Source of the DNA: Rikenella microfusus
GTDB taxonomy: Bacteria; Bacteroidota; Bacteroidia; Bacteroidales; VadinHA17
Direction: 5' to 3'
Length of the DNA stretch: 64,000 nucleotides
Assembly (NCBI GenBank): GCA_020722575.1
Contig: DYKN01000001.1
Span: forward strand, 130,795-194,794
The position numbers and the translations under genes are program-made. Of this stretch, positions 27,527-37,526 are shown piece after piece. The stretch's first letter is position 1, and each line of letters starts with the position of its first letter. The notes under the pieces are model-generated. The model saw only the letters and a list, made by a program, of their open reading frames with translations. It had not been told where the DNA came from and made no database searches.

Positions 27527-27949
27527 ATGAGTAAAGAAATTGTTACGACAAAGTGGCTCAGTAACATGGCTTTTGAATCAGAGGTCAATGGACATAAAAT
27601 TGTGATCGATGCCGAACCTGAGGTAGGAGGAGAAGACCGGGGACCAAGGCCAAAACCTTTTATGCTTTTGTCACTGGGCGGTTGTACGGGAATGGATGTT
27701 ATTTCAATCCTGAAAAAGATGAAAGTCGATGTAAAGGAATTCAATGTGAGAGTGGAAGGAGAACTTACTGAGGAACACCCGAAACACTTTTTTAAAATTC
27801 ATGTCGTATATGAATTCACAGGTAAAGATCTTCCAATGGATAAACTGAAGAAAGCAGTTGAATTATCGGAAGACAGATACTGTGGTGTCAGCGCTGTTTA
27901 TAAGAAAACAATGACAATGACTTCTGAGATAGTTGTTAAAGAAACATAA
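27527..27949 (+). CDS. OsmC family peroxiredoxin-like protein
   Basis: 140 aa. Both conserved Cys contexts are present: LGGCTGMD and EDRYCGVS. Confidence 0.85.
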   Translation: MSKEIVTTKWLSNMAFESEVNGHKIVIDAEPEVGGEDRGPRPKPFMLLSLGGCTGMDVISILKKMKVDVKEFNVRVEGELTEEHPKHFFKIHVVYEFTGKDLPMDKLKKAVELSEDRYCGVSAVYKKTMTMTSEIVVKET

Positions 27950-28097
27950 TGGGTGATTTGGGAAATAAGCAGCTCACCGGTCTTACAATGCCAGATTAAA
28001 AGCGCCAGGGACTCCATTAGTTGTAAAAAATAGAGTATTAAATATTATAGTTGACATTAATCCCAAAAAAGGATTTAAAAACAATAAAATATTTGTT

Positions 28098-28385
28098 ATG
28101 ACTGAGACAGAAGTATTAAATGTTCTTTCAAAAGTAGAACATCCGGCTATCAGGTACTCCCTTCTTGAACTTGGAATAGTAACTGACGTGGAATTGACAG
28201 GGAACAAGGTAAAGGTAGTTTTTGCATTCCCCTTCCCGAATATTCCTATTGCTGATTTCCTGATTCAATCTGTTGCTAAGCCCATTAAGCATTTAGGTCT
28301 GGAATTTGAATACACCACCAGGGTAATGAATGACGAGGAAAGAAATCTGTTTTTGCAGTTGGAAGCTGAAGCATGGAAAGGATAA
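28098..28385 (+). CDS. DUF59 / MIP18-like Fe-S cluster assembly factor
   Basis: 95 aa. The N-terminus VLNVLSKVEHPAIRYSLLELGIV is typical of DUF59. Confidence 0.7.
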   Translation: MTETEVLNVLSKVEHPAIRYSLLELGIVTDVELTGNKVKVVFAFPFPNIPIADFLIQSVAKPIKHLGLEFEYTTRVMNDEERNLFLQLEAEAWKG

Positions 28386-28858
28386 AGCAAAAGGAAATTA
28401 TCATGAATCAAAAATTATTTGATAAGCCAATAAGGTTTGCTTTTGCAGTAAATCTGGCAAATGTTTTTGAGCCGAAACATTTTGGTGATGCTGATAAGTA
28501 TTTAATTTATGAATGGGTTAATAATGCCTTCATCTTGCTGAACGAAGAAGTTAACATTTTTAAGAATTTGCATGAAAACCAGGGGCATGGATTGCAGGAA
28601 AAAGGAAGGGCAATTATAGATCTTCTGAGAAGTTTAAATGTTACCGTAGTGGTGTCTAAGCAATTCGGTAAAAATATTCAAATGGTTAACAGGCATTTTA
28701 TACCGGTTATTGTATCGGAAAATATTCCTGAAAAGACTCTCGATATCCTTGCCATGCATATGAAATGGATTGAAGATGAGATTAACAACAGACCTGATGA
28801 GTTTAAACTTTTTATAATAAAAAACGGAGTCCTGAAAAAAGCTATCAAAAATGAGTAA
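28373..28858 (+). CDS. NifB/NifX-family (Nitro_FeMo-Co domain) protein
   Basis: Has FAFAVN...HFGDADKYLIYEW and later VVVSKQFGKNI. An alternative ATG at 28403 is possible. Confidence 0.65.
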   Translation: MERIKQKEIIMNQKLFDKPIRFAFAVNLANVFEPKHFGDADKYLIYEWVNNAFILLNEEVNIFKNLHENQGHGLQEKGRAIIDLLRSLNVTVVVSKQFGKNIQMVNRHFIPVIVSENIPEKTLDILAMHMKWIEDEINNRPDEFKLFIIKNGVLKKAIKNE

Positions 28859-28929
28859 TAGCAGGAATAGTATTACCTTCGGTCTGTTACTTTTAATTTC
28901 AGACTACCAGTATCCGTAAAATATTTTTT

Positions 28930-30150
28930 ATGACTTTGCCCCGTGAAATATCGAACCATAATTTTTATGCCTTTTTATGGCATGCGGGGTTTCTGGCTCT
29001 GGCACAGAATTTTATGGATGTAGATACAGTAATGCCTGCCATGATAATCGATTTTGGGGGAAAGGCTATGCATATTGGAGTTATGACAACTATTATGATG
29101 GGCGGTTCGAGTTTTACACAGTTGTTCTTTGCTCCGTATATCAGCAGCAAATCTTTCAAAAAGAAATATTTACTAATGGGAATTAATTCCCGGGTATTAT
29201 CACTTTTTGCTCTGGGATTCATTCTGTTTTTTCTTCATGGCTATCAGACAAATTTGATCTTATGGCTTATTTTTTTGTTTATTTCACTTTTTTCGCTTGG
29301 CGGTGCCTTTACAAATATAAGTTATACTGATATTTTGGGTAAAAGTGTAAATGAAAATAAAAGAAAAAAATTCTTCTCTACCAAACAAATCATAGCAGGG
29401 ATTTTAGTATTATTTTCAGCTTTTGTAGCTAAGAAAATTTTATCCTCTTCACCATATCCCCTGAATTATTCATATATGTTTTTTGCCGGGGGATCTCTTT
29501 TGCTGATTGCAACAGGGGGGTTCTGGAAAATAAGGGAGGCTATCCCATCAACTTTAAAAATTAAAGGTTTTAAAGAATTTATCTCAACACTCAGATCAGA
29601 ATTGACACATAATAGTAAACTTGCTTATTTCCTGGGTTTTATAAATACTCAGGGAATTATTATTTCATTCATGCCTTTTGTAATGCTTTATGCCAAGAAT
29701 ACATTGAATACTCAAAGTATTGACACGGGATACTTCCTTCTTTTCAAAGTTACAGGCATTTTAATTATTAGTCTGTTCGTGTTTTTTACATCTAAATGGA
29801 TTAAATATAACCCGCTTCTTTATATAAATGTTGTTTTATCTCTTCTGGTTATTATTATGACATTACTTGTACATGATGGTCATAGCCTGAGGTATATTTT
29901 TATTTTTGGAGGTGTCATATATTCCCTGTATTCGATAACAATGAATGGATTATTACTGGAGGTTTCGAGCAGAGAAAACCGGGCACTTTATGCTGGCTTT
30001 GCAGGAGCAGGGAATATTCTGCCTGCTGTTTTTCCGCTTATCGGAGGATTGATTATCAGCAGGTTTGGATTTATTGCGTTTTTCCTTTTGTTCATGATAA
30101 TTGTATTATTATCAGCTTATTTTATCAGAAAAATAGGCTGTAAAAAATAA
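28930..30150 (+). CDS. MFS transporter
   Basis: 406 aa with about 12 hydrophobic helices in a 6+6 layout and a basic central loop. Confidence 0.8.
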   Translation: MTLPREISNHNFYAFLWHAGFLALAQNFMDVDTVMPAMIIDFGGKAMHIGVMTTIMMGGSSFTQLFFAPYISSKSFKKKYLLMGINSRVLSLFALGFILFFLHGYQTNLILWLIFLFISLFSLGGAFTNISYTDILGKSVNENKRKKFFSTKQIIAGILVLFSAFVAKKILSSSPYPLNYSYMFFAGGSLLLIATGGFWKIREAIPSTLKIKGFKEFISTLRSELTHNSKLAYFLGFINTQGIIISFMPFVMLYAKNTLNTQSIDTGYFLLFKVTGILIISLFVFFTSKWIKYNPLLYINVVLSLLVIIMTLLVHDGHSLRYIFIFGGVIYSLYSITMNGLLLEVSSRENRALYAGFAGAGNILPAVFPLIGGLIISRFGFIAFFLLFMIIVLLSAYFIRKIGCKK

Positions 30151-30161
30151 AATGAAAAAAT

Positions 30162-30572
30162 ATGAAACTATTAATGGTCTATTGTAAAAATTTTGGCTAC
30201 ACTCCAACAATAAAAACATTGGATAATGCTCCTGAAAATGTTACGCCCGCAAATTATGAAAATGTCCAGGTGGCATTTATTCAGGTTGAGAAAGAAGATG
30301 AAGGAAGGGAGAGCGATGTGGAAAAGAAACTTGTGAAGAATCTTAAATGGGTGTGCGGTAAAAACAATGTAAATAAAATTATTCTTCATTCATTTGCACA
30401 TCTTTCTGAAAGCAAGGCTGAACCGGAGTTCACAAAGCTTATATTTGAAAGAACAGAAGAACGGCTGTCAAATGCCGGGTTTTCAGTCATCCAGACCCCG
30501 TTTGGTTATTTTCTTGATTTACGGTTAGATGCTCCCGGCTTTTCACTCGCCCGTGTTTTTAAAAATATTTAA
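30162..30572 (+). CDS. Stand-alone archaeal-type threonyl-tRNA synthetase editing domain (tRNA-Thr_ED / DTD2-like)
   Basis: 136 aa. It is collinear with my recollection of the Pyrococcus ThrRS N-terminal editing domain: VAFIQVEKEDE, ILHSFAHLSESKAEP and TPFGYFLDL. Confidence 0.7.
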   Translation: MKLLMVYCKNFGYTPTIKTLDNAPENVTPANYENVQVAFIQVEKEDEGRESDVEKKLVKNLKWVCGKNNVNKIILHSFAHLSESKAEPEFTKLIFERTEERLSNAGFSVIQTPFGYFLDLRLDAPGFSLARVFKNI

Positions 30573-30588
30573 TCTTATACATATATCT

Positions 30589-31242
30589 ATGAATAATAAA
30601 ATTTATCCCGATTCGGGTGTTGAACTAAATTCCTTTATAGCCAGGAATTATGATAGGGTAATGAATATCGGTTCCTTTGGAATGTACAGCAGTTTCATAA
30701 AAAATGCGATCAGTAAAATGGATATAAGGCCAGATGATCAGATCCTTGATTTAGGATGCGGAACAGGCAGGAATGCCAATCTGATGCGCAAATATTTAAG
30801 CGATAAGGGCCATATAACAGGATTGGATATTTCTGAACATATGGAAAAACAATTCCGGCATAGATTTAATGACGATAAAAGAATTGAGTTTATAAACAGA
30901 AGAATAGATCAGCCGCTAAACCTTCAAAATAGCTATGATAAAATTTTTATAAGTTTTGTAATTCATGGATTTCCACATGAAATTAGAGGTACCGTTATTA
31001 AAAATGCTTATAACCACCTAAAACCAGGAGGAGCCTTTTTTATACTTGATTTTGGTGAATTCGATATGAATGAAATGCCATGGTTTGACCGTTTAATATT
31101 TAAAAAGATTGAATGCAAATACGCTTTTGATTATATAAAACGCGACTGGAAAGAGATTCTCAGTAGTTATGGTTTCGGAAATTTCGCCGAGTATTTTTAT
31201 TTAAAAAAGTATGTCAGGTTATTGAAAGCCGTAAAACAATAG
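30589..31242 (+). CDS. Class I SAM-dependent methyltransferase
   Basis: Motif I reads ILDLGCGTGRN and post-I reads GLDIS. ATG at 30589 avoids the overlap with the previous gene that the track start at 30529 creates. Confidence 0.8.
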   Translation: MNNKIYPDSGVELNSFIARNYDRVMNIGSFGMYSSFIKNAISKMDIRPDDQILDLGCGTGRNANLMRKYLSDKGHITGLDISEHMEKQFRHRFNDDKRIEFINRRIDQPLNLQNSYDKIFISFVIHGFPHEIRGTVIKNAYNHLKPGGAFFILDFGEFDMNEMPWFDRLIFKKIECKYAFDYIKRDWKEILSSYGFGNFAEYFYLKKYVRLLKAVKQ

Positions 31243-31245
31243 CAA

Positions 31246-31812
31246 ATGTTAAAAAGATTATTTTTATTCCTGATTGTTAACAGCTTAATGGCATATAGCA
31301 TGAGTGGACAGGATACAATTAAACAAATAATATATAAACCCATAGGGGTTTTCCATACTCCATTTACACCCAAAACGGGAGCTCCTCGCCAGGGTATATT
31401 GATGCCTGAAACCAAAGGAACAATTGAAATTTTTCCCCCGTATCGAGGTGCTTTAAAAACACTGGATTTCTTCGAATATATTATAGTGCTTTTCCATTTC
31501 AACGAAGTGGAGCAATGGGCACCCACGGTAAACCCTCCGGCCTCAACAGAAAAACATGATTTCGGACTATTTTCCACACGCAGTCCCAAACGACCAAATC
31601 CAATAGGACTTTCCATTGTAAAACTTGAAAAGATTCAGGATGGTACTTTATATGTTTCCGGGATTGATGCTTTTGAAGGTACTCCCGTGCTGGATTTAAA
31701 GCCATACCTGCCTTCAGTAGATTGTGTGAAAAGCATTGTAAACGAATATATGGAAAAAGAGCTGGGGCATCATGATGAAAAATTTATCAACGATTCAACT
31801 TTCTTTAAATAG
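31246..31812 (+). CDS. TsaA/TrmO-like (UPF0066) protein with N-terminal signal peptide, paralogue 1
   Basis: TsaA blocks PIGVFHTPF..GAPRQG, FEYIIVLFHF, FSTRSPKRPNPIGLSIVKL and IDAFEGTPVLDLKPY are present. They are preceded by MLKRLFLFLIVNSLMAYSMSGQ. Confidence 0.8.
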   Translation: MLKRLFLFLIVNSLMAYSMSGQDTIKQIIYKPIGVFHTPFTPKTGAPRQGILMPETKGTIEIFPPYRGALKTLDFFEYIIVLFHFNEVEQWAPTVNPPASTEKHDFGLFSTRSPKRPNPIGLSIVKLEKIQDGTLYVSGIDAFEGTPVLDLKPYLPSVDCVKSIVNEYMEKELGHHDEKFINDSTFFK

Positions 31813-32069
31813 GAGCAAATAAGCACATGCAGTCAGTCATAAAATCACAAAAATGGTGTATCAAAGGATCACTCTGGTTTCTGAAAATCAGGCTAAATAG
31901 TTACCAGGTAAAAACAGATATCGATGCTTAAAATTAAAATAATTATATCTGGAAATATCCGGATAACAAAATCAGACGCCGGGTATTCATTATTCGATAT
32001 TATAAGAATAAATGGGTTATTAAATTAAACTAATAAATGCAACTTTTTTAGAGGAGATAAGCATTAAAT

Positions 32070-32288
32070 ATGAATTTTGTTAAATATAGCATAAAAGATA
32101 TGACCAAAACAGCTCCTTTTGACAATCACTTTCCGGAGTATGAACAATGGTTTATTGATAATCATTTTGCTTTTCTCTCTGAGATTGAAGCTATACGTAA
32201 ATTATTGCCAACTAATGGCAAAGGTGTTGAAATTGGAATCGGCAGCGGCAAAGGCAGTTTCTTTGTAATTAAAGCAAATAAAAATTAA
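32070..32288 (+). pseudogene. Truncated SAM-methyltransferase fragment
   Basis: The N-terminal region runs up to motif I (GVEIGIGSG) and then loses homology. It terminates after 72 codons. Confidence 0.5.
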
Positions 32289-32302
32289 AAGATCCTGCAG
32301 GC

Positions 32303-32527
32303 ATGTCTGAAACTGATAAGAAAAATGATTTTATCCTTAAAGTAAACCAATTTATCAGAGAAGAAAAATATGGTGAGGCAGTTAACTATTTACAAAAAAT
32401 TATCGAGGCAGATAGCACCAATAAAGAAGCAGTATCCCTTATGGAACAATTGAAGAAAATACTTGAATATCGGAACCGTGATATATTTGGGTCAACAAAT
32501 CTAGATATGGATCCATGGTTTGAATAA
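32303..32527 (+). CDS. Small hypothetical protein (single TPR-like helix pair)
   Basis: 74 aa. KYGEAVNYLQKIIEADSTNKEAV is TPR-like. No other recognisable motif. Confidence 0.4.
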   Translation: MSETDKKNDFILKVNQFIREEKYGEAVNYLQKIIEADSTNKEAVSLMEQLKKILEYRNRDIFGSTNLDMDPWFE

Positions 32528-32566
32528 ATATAATGGCAATCAATTAAAGTTCTAATATTAATAAAG

Positions 32567-34423
32567 ATGAGAAACTTAAAGAATAAATTCATTATGGCCC
32601 CTTTGAAGCTGGGGTATGCTGAAAACGGATTTGTTAATGAGAGGCACATTGATTTTTATGAAAAAAGAAGCCATCATATAGGTGCCGTAACCCTGGAACC
32701 TTTATATCTTGATAAGGGATTAAGAGAAATCCCCACGCAACTCGGTATTGATGATGATGATAAAATACCCGGACTTACCAGGCTCGTTGACATGTTGCAT
32801 AAAAACGGCACTAAAGTGATTGCACATCTGAACCATCCCGGTAGAATGGCAAATCCAAAGATTCCTGGAAATTACTTCTGGTCATCAACTGATTTAGCCT
32901 GTGAAAATGGGGGCGCTAAACCGGAGATGATGACCCGTGATATGATGAACAGGGTTATAAATATGTTTGTTGAAAGTGCAAAAAGGGCAGTGCTTTGCGG
33001 ATTCGATTTTATTGAACTGCAATTCGGGCATGGGTATCTTCTCGCTCAGTTTTTATCACCTGCAGTAAACAACCGTTCTGATTTTTATAATGGTTCTCTT
33101 CAGGACAGAGCCAGGTTCCCCCTTGAAGTTTTGAATGCTGTAAGGCAAAAAGTGAAAATACCAATAATAGCCAGGATCAGTGGCGACGAGATAATACCTT
33201 CCGGATTACATATCGCTGAGATGAAACATTTCTCACTGATGCTTGAAGCCGGGGGTGTAAATGCTATTCATGTTTCTGCCGGCTCAGCCTGTTCCACACC
33301 TCCATGGTTTTTTCAGCACATGTTCGTGCCAAAAGGAAAAACATGGGAATTTGCCGGAGAAATAAAAAAGAGTGTAAAAATACCGGTAATATTCGTAGGT
33401 CAGGTTAACACCAGGGAAGGTATTCAGTTACTTGAACAGAAATATCATGCTGAATATATCGCATTGGGGCGGGCTCTGGTAGCTGATCCTGACTTTACAG
33501 GGAAATACTTTGGACTCGTTGCCGGAAATATCAGGCCATGTCTTGCGTGCTCAGATGGGTGTCTTGGCAATGTAAGAAGCGGGAAAGGATTGGGATGCGT
33601 AGTCAATCCATATGTTAACAATACACTGCCTCCTCTCAGGAAGGTTAAATCATCTGAGAAAATTGCAATAATCGGAGGTGGATTAGCTGGAATGCAGGCT
33701 GCCATTGTTTTGAAAGAAAGAAATTTTGAACCGACAATTTTCGAGAAAAACAAACTGGGGGGTCAGTTTAACCTTGCATACCTCCCTCCTAAAAAAGAAA
33801 ACCTTAAAAAAATTATTGATTATTATGTTGCTGAAATCAACCGGATGAAAATACCTGTCATCTATAAAGAAGCTGAAGCACAGGATATTCTCAATGGCAA
33901 TTTTAACCGGGTAATTATTGCAACCGGTGCAATACCTTCCATCCCGGCTATCAAAGGATTGAAAGAATACTATTGCGCAGATTACCTGCAGAGCGATCAG
34001 CTTCCGCATGATCAAACAGTTCTAATAATCGGTGGCGGATTAATAGCCCTTGAAATGGCATCAAAATTAATTGACAGAAAAAATAAGGTTATTATAATTG
34101 AGCTTCTCGACGAAATTGGCCGTGGCATGGAGATGCTCGAAAAAGCGTTTACCTTAAAGAAACTATCTGATAATAACACTCTGATTTATAAAAAGCATAA
34201 AATAGTTGAAATAGACGAACACACGGTGTATATTGAAGATGAAAATAATCACAAATCAAAAATTGAAGGTGTAGCTAAAATTATTGTCGCTGCAGGAATG
34301 AAAAGTTATATCCCATTTACCACCGATTTAAAGATACCTGTACATTTAACCGGAGATGCAAAATCAGTTGGGAAAGCAGAGAATGCTATCTATGATGCCT
34401 GTAACCTGGCTTTAACATTATAA
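32567..34423 (+). CDS. Old-yellow-enzyme family NADH:flavin oxidoreductase fused to an FAD/NAD(P)-binding domain (2,4-dienoyl-CoA-reductase-like)
   Basis: The OYE TIM-barrel blocks HLNHPGRMAN and GFDFIELQFGHGYLLAQFLSP are present. A Cys cluster CLACSDGCLGN....GC follows, then two Rossmann motifs, GGGLAGMQAA and IIGGGLIALE. Confidence 0.85.
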   Translation: MRNLKNKFIMAPLKLGYAENGFVNERHIDFYEKRSHHIGAVTLEPLYLDKGLREIPTQLGIDDDDKIPGLTRLVDMLHKNGTKVIAHLNHPGRMANPKIPGNYFWSSTDLACENGGAKPEMMTRDMMNRVINMFVESAKRAVLCGFDFIELQFGHGYLLAQFLSPAVNNRSDFYNGSLQDRARFPLEVLNAVRQKVKIPIIARISGDEIIPSGLHIAEMKHFSLMLEAGGVNAIHVSAGSACSTPPWFFQHMFVPKGKTWEFAGEIKKSVKIPVIFVGQVNTREGIQLLEQKYHAEYIALGRALVADPDFTGKYFGLVAGNIRPCLACSDGCLGNVRSGKGLGCVVNPYVNNTLPPLRKVKSSEKIAIIGGGLAGMQAAIVLKERNFEPTIFEKNKLGGQFNLAYLPPKKENLKKIIDYYVAEINRMKIPVIYKEAEAQDILNGNFNRVIIATGAIPSIPAIKGLKEYYCADYLQSDQLPHDQTVLIIGGGLIALEMASKLIDRKNKVIIIELLDEIGRGMEMLEKAFTLKKLSDNNTLIYKKHKIVEIDEHTVYIEDENNHKSKIEGVAKIIVAAGMKSYIPFTTDLKIPVHLTGDAKSVGKAENAIYDACNLALTL

Positions 34424-34514
34424 CTAGCTCCTTTTAAAAAACATATTAATCAATATAAATCTTTGCCAGAGCGAAAAAAAGTTATATATTTGAGCGAGGT
34501 TTTCATTGTTAAAA

Positions 34515-34883
34515 ATGATATTATACTTTTTAAAACAGTTTTATAGAAAACTACCCGGATACTTCCTGTTAATAATCTTTTGCGGGTATTTTACATCTGT
34601 TACATTCTTTCCTCATACTCATATAGTTGACGGAGTTACTATTGTACATTCACACCCTTATAAATCTCATTCGGGAAATGTTCCGGTTAATCACAACCAT
34701 TCAAAAGATGGATTTATTCTGATACATTTCATTTCGCATTTTAAAGTTACTGCTCCTGTAATATTTTTTGTGATCGCGATTTTTGTTAAGGTTTTAAATA
34801 CCAGAATTCTCTTCCCTGATACAAATATTAATTTTTCTTTTTTTCATTACTCGCCTCATCTTCCGAGAGCACCTACTTCATAA
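34515..34883 (+). CDS. His-rich small membrane protein upstream of the TonB-dependent receptors
   Basis: Two or three hydrophobic helices. A loop carries 9 His in 28 residues: HTHIVDGVTIVHSHPYKSHSGNVPVNHNH. Confidence 0.5.
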   Translation: MILYFLKQFYRKLPGYFLLIIFCGYFTSVTFFPHTHIVDGVTIVHSHPYKSHSGNVPVNHNHSKDGFILIHFISHFKVTAPVIFFVIAIFVKVLNTRILFPDTNINFSFFHYSPHLPRAPTS

Positions 34884-34963
34884 TTACACAATCAGCCTTT
34901 TCAGAGAATTACAGATTTTCTGTTTTATCCAAGACTCACCTTAATAATCACATTGTTTAATAT

Positions 34964-34995
34964 TTAAAGTTAATGTTCAACGTTTAAAGTTAATA
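34964..34995 (+). repeat. 12-nt direct repeat TTTAAAGTTAAT x2, spaced 20 nt start to start, directly upstream of the TBDR start
   Basis: Copies lie at 34964-34975 and 34984-34995. The ATG is at 34998. Confidence 0.7.
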
Positions 34996-34997
34996 TT

Positions 34998-37442
34998 ATG
35001 AAGAAATATATATTAGTTTTATATATATGCGTTATTTTTACTCAATCCCTTTTTCCCCAGAAAAAAACAGATGCAAATGTTTTTGGACATGTAACAGGTA
35101 ACAATACACACATTCCTTTTGCAACAGTCAGCATAAAGGGAACGACAATAGGGGTGAATACAGACGAAACAGGTCATTATCAACTGATTAATTTACCTGA
35201 AGGAACTTATACACTCGTTGCCCGATATGTTGGTTTTAAAAATTCAGAAAAGGAGATTACAATCAAAGCAGGAGAAACACTGGAAGTGAACTTTGATCTT
35301 GAGCAGGATGTTCTTGGTCTTGATGAGGTTGTTGTAACGGCCGATAGAAGCGAGATGAAGAGGACAGAATCAGTCACAATAGTGAATACTCTCTCTCCCA
35401 GGCTCTTTTCTTCTGCCCAGTCAGTAACATTAAGTGAAGGGTTAAGTTTTTCTCCGGGCATCAGAATTGAAAGTAATTGCCAGAACTGTGGTTTTTCACA
35501 GGTCAGGATGAACGGCATGGAAGGCCATTATTCACAGATACTTATTAATAGTCATCCGATATTCAGCGGTCTTGCCGGTGTTTATGGGCTTGAACTTATT
35601 CCCACCAACATGATAGAGCGTATTGAAGTGGTAAGGGGAGGTGGTTCTGCCCTTTATGGTAGCAATGCAATCGCCGGCACAATAAATATTATTTTGAAAG
35701 AACCGGTTTCAAATTCCTACGAAGCTGGCATTAATACAGGACTGATTGGCATCGGATTAAAGCAATCAGGAGGAGCAGCTCTTGATTACTCGGCAGATCT
35801 CAATACATCTATTGTTTCTGACAACAGCAAAACCGGTATGGCTCTTTATGGATTTACTCGTGAAAGAAAAATGTTCGATTCAAACAATGATGGTTATTCC
35901 GAAATAGCTCCAATGAATGATCAGACAATCGGGGCCAGATTCTTTCATAGATTTGGGGTAAGAAGTAAAATAGCTATTGACTTTTACAATATTAAAGAGG
36001 AAAGGAATGGTGGAAACAGGCAAGAGTACCCTTTGCATGAAAGAGATATTGCAGAAGCTGTAAAACACGATTTTAAAACCGGTGCGTTAACTTATGAGAA
36101 ATATTTCCGCGATTATGATCTTTTTTCTGTATTCTTTTCCGCACAATATATAACGCGCAATTCATACTACGGGGCCAACCGGTCACTTAAAGATTATGGC
36201 ACGACAGAAGGACTGACATATAATACAGGCATACAATATAAAGCCTTCTTTGGCAATTCTTCTATTGTTGCAGGAATTGAAAATACAGGAGATTATCTGA
36301 AAGACCAGAAATTGGGATACCCCGATTATGCAAATGCTGTAATTATTAATGATTCAATAGTAAGTGTCCCTCATACCGATAATATCCTGATTTCTGACCA
36401 GTCATCCATCTCATCCGGTATATTTCTTCAGTATGACCTGAAAATAAACAGGTTAAAAGTTGGACTTGGCGGACGTTTTGATCATTTCAACGTGGTTGAT
36501 CATGCAAAAAACAATGAAGCAAAAAGCGGAAATGTTTTAAGTCCCCGTATAAGTTTTATGTATGAAGTTCTTAGTTCACTGCAGGCCCGGGTAAGCTATT
36601 CACATGGTTACAGGGCGCCACAGATCTTTGATGAAGATCTGCATATCGAGACATCCGGTTCACGGCAGGTTATTAATGTAAATGATCCGCATCTGAAACA
36701 GGAAACCAGCCACAGTATTATGGCTTCACTCGATTTCAACAAGCTTATCGGTACTGTTACAACCGGACTTTTAATTGAAGGATTTTATACCAGGCTGCAA
36801 AATCCGTTTGTTAATGAAATCGGCATACCTGATGAAACCGGAAAAGTCTTATACACAAGAAAAAATGCAGAAAACGGAGCTGTGGTTAAAGGACTGAACA
36901 TGGAACTCAAGTTTAAAACATTGTGGAACTTTTCAATAATATCAGGATTCACGGTTCAGTCAAGTCGTTATGATGTTGCACAGCAATTCAATAAAAGAGA
37001 ATTCTTCCGCACACCTTCTGACTATGGTTATCTGAACATTGACTGGGATTTTGCGAGAAACGCGGGTCTTTCCGGCACTGGAACTTATACAGGAAGGATG
37101 CTTGTACCCTATTTCGGACCTTTGACTGACCCTGAAACCGGCGAATTAAGAAAATCTCACCCATTTTTCGATCTTGGTGGTAAAATTTATTACAATATAC
37201 CATTAAATGGCACTTCACTTCAAATCTTTGCCGGCATAAAAAATATATTCAATTCATATCAGTCAGATTTTGATACAGGCATTGACCGTGACCCCTCATA
37301 TATTTATGGACCCATATTGCCCAGGACTGTTTATTTCGGAATTAAGGCCGGGAATAAACTATCCCAAAGGGTACAGCCAGTTTATCAACACCAGAAAAGA
37401 AACAGAATACGCAACCAGTGGAAGGGAAACAAACCCGGTTAA
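34998..37442 (+). CDS. TonB-dependent receptor (CarboxypepD_reg + plug + barrel)
   Basis: Has a signal peptide, the CarboxypepD_reg block GHVTGNN..IPFATVSIKGT, plug blocks with CQNCGFSQVRMNG and IERIEVVRGGGSALYGSNAIAGTINI, and a long beta-barrel. An unusual basic tail of about 30 aa follows the apparent last strand. Confidence 0.9.
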   Translation: MKKYILVLYICVIFTQSLFPQKKTDANVFGHVTGNNTHIPFATVSIKGTTIGVNTDETGHYQLINLPEGTYTLVARYVGFKNSEKEITIKAGETLEVNFDLEQDVLGLDEVVVTADRSEMKRTESVTIVNTLSPRLFSSAQSVTLSEGLSFSPGIRIESNCQNCGFSQVRMNGMEGHYSQILINSHPIFSGLAGVYGLELIPTNMIERIEVVRGGGSALYGSNAIAGTINIILKEPVSNSYEAGINTGLIGIGLKQSGGAALDYSADLNTSIVSDNSKTGMALYGFTRERKMFDSNNDGYSEIAPMNDQTIGARFFHRFGVRSKIAIDFYNIKEERNGGNRQEYPLHERDIAEAVKHDFKTGALTYEKYFRDYDLFSVFFSAQYITRNSYYGANRSLKDYGTTEGLTYNTGIQYKAFFGNSSIVAGIENTGDYLKDQKLGYPDYANAVIINDSIVSVPHTDNILISDQSSISSGIFLQYDLKINRLKVGLGGRFDHFNVVDHAKNNEAKSGNVLSPRISFMYEVLSSLQARVSYSHGYRAPQIFDEDLHIETSGSRQVINVNDPHLKQETSHSIMASLDFNKLIGTVTTGLLIEGFYTRLQNPFVNEIGIPDETGKVLYTRKNAENGAVVKGLNMELKFKTLWNFSIISGFTVQSSRYDVAQQFNKREFFRTPSDYGYLNIDWDFARNAGLSGTGTYTGRMLVPYFGPLTDPETGELRKSHPFFDLGGKIYYNIPLNGTSLQIFAGIKNIFNSYQSDFDTGIDRDPSYIYGPILPRTVYFGIKAGNKLSQRVQPVYQHQKRNRIRNQWKGNKPG

Positions 37443-37526
37443 GATTTAAGGCACTGTTTATTACATAACCCTTTGTTTAAGGATAATTTTTAAAATAAGA
37501 AAACGGGAATTTTTAAATGAAATAAA

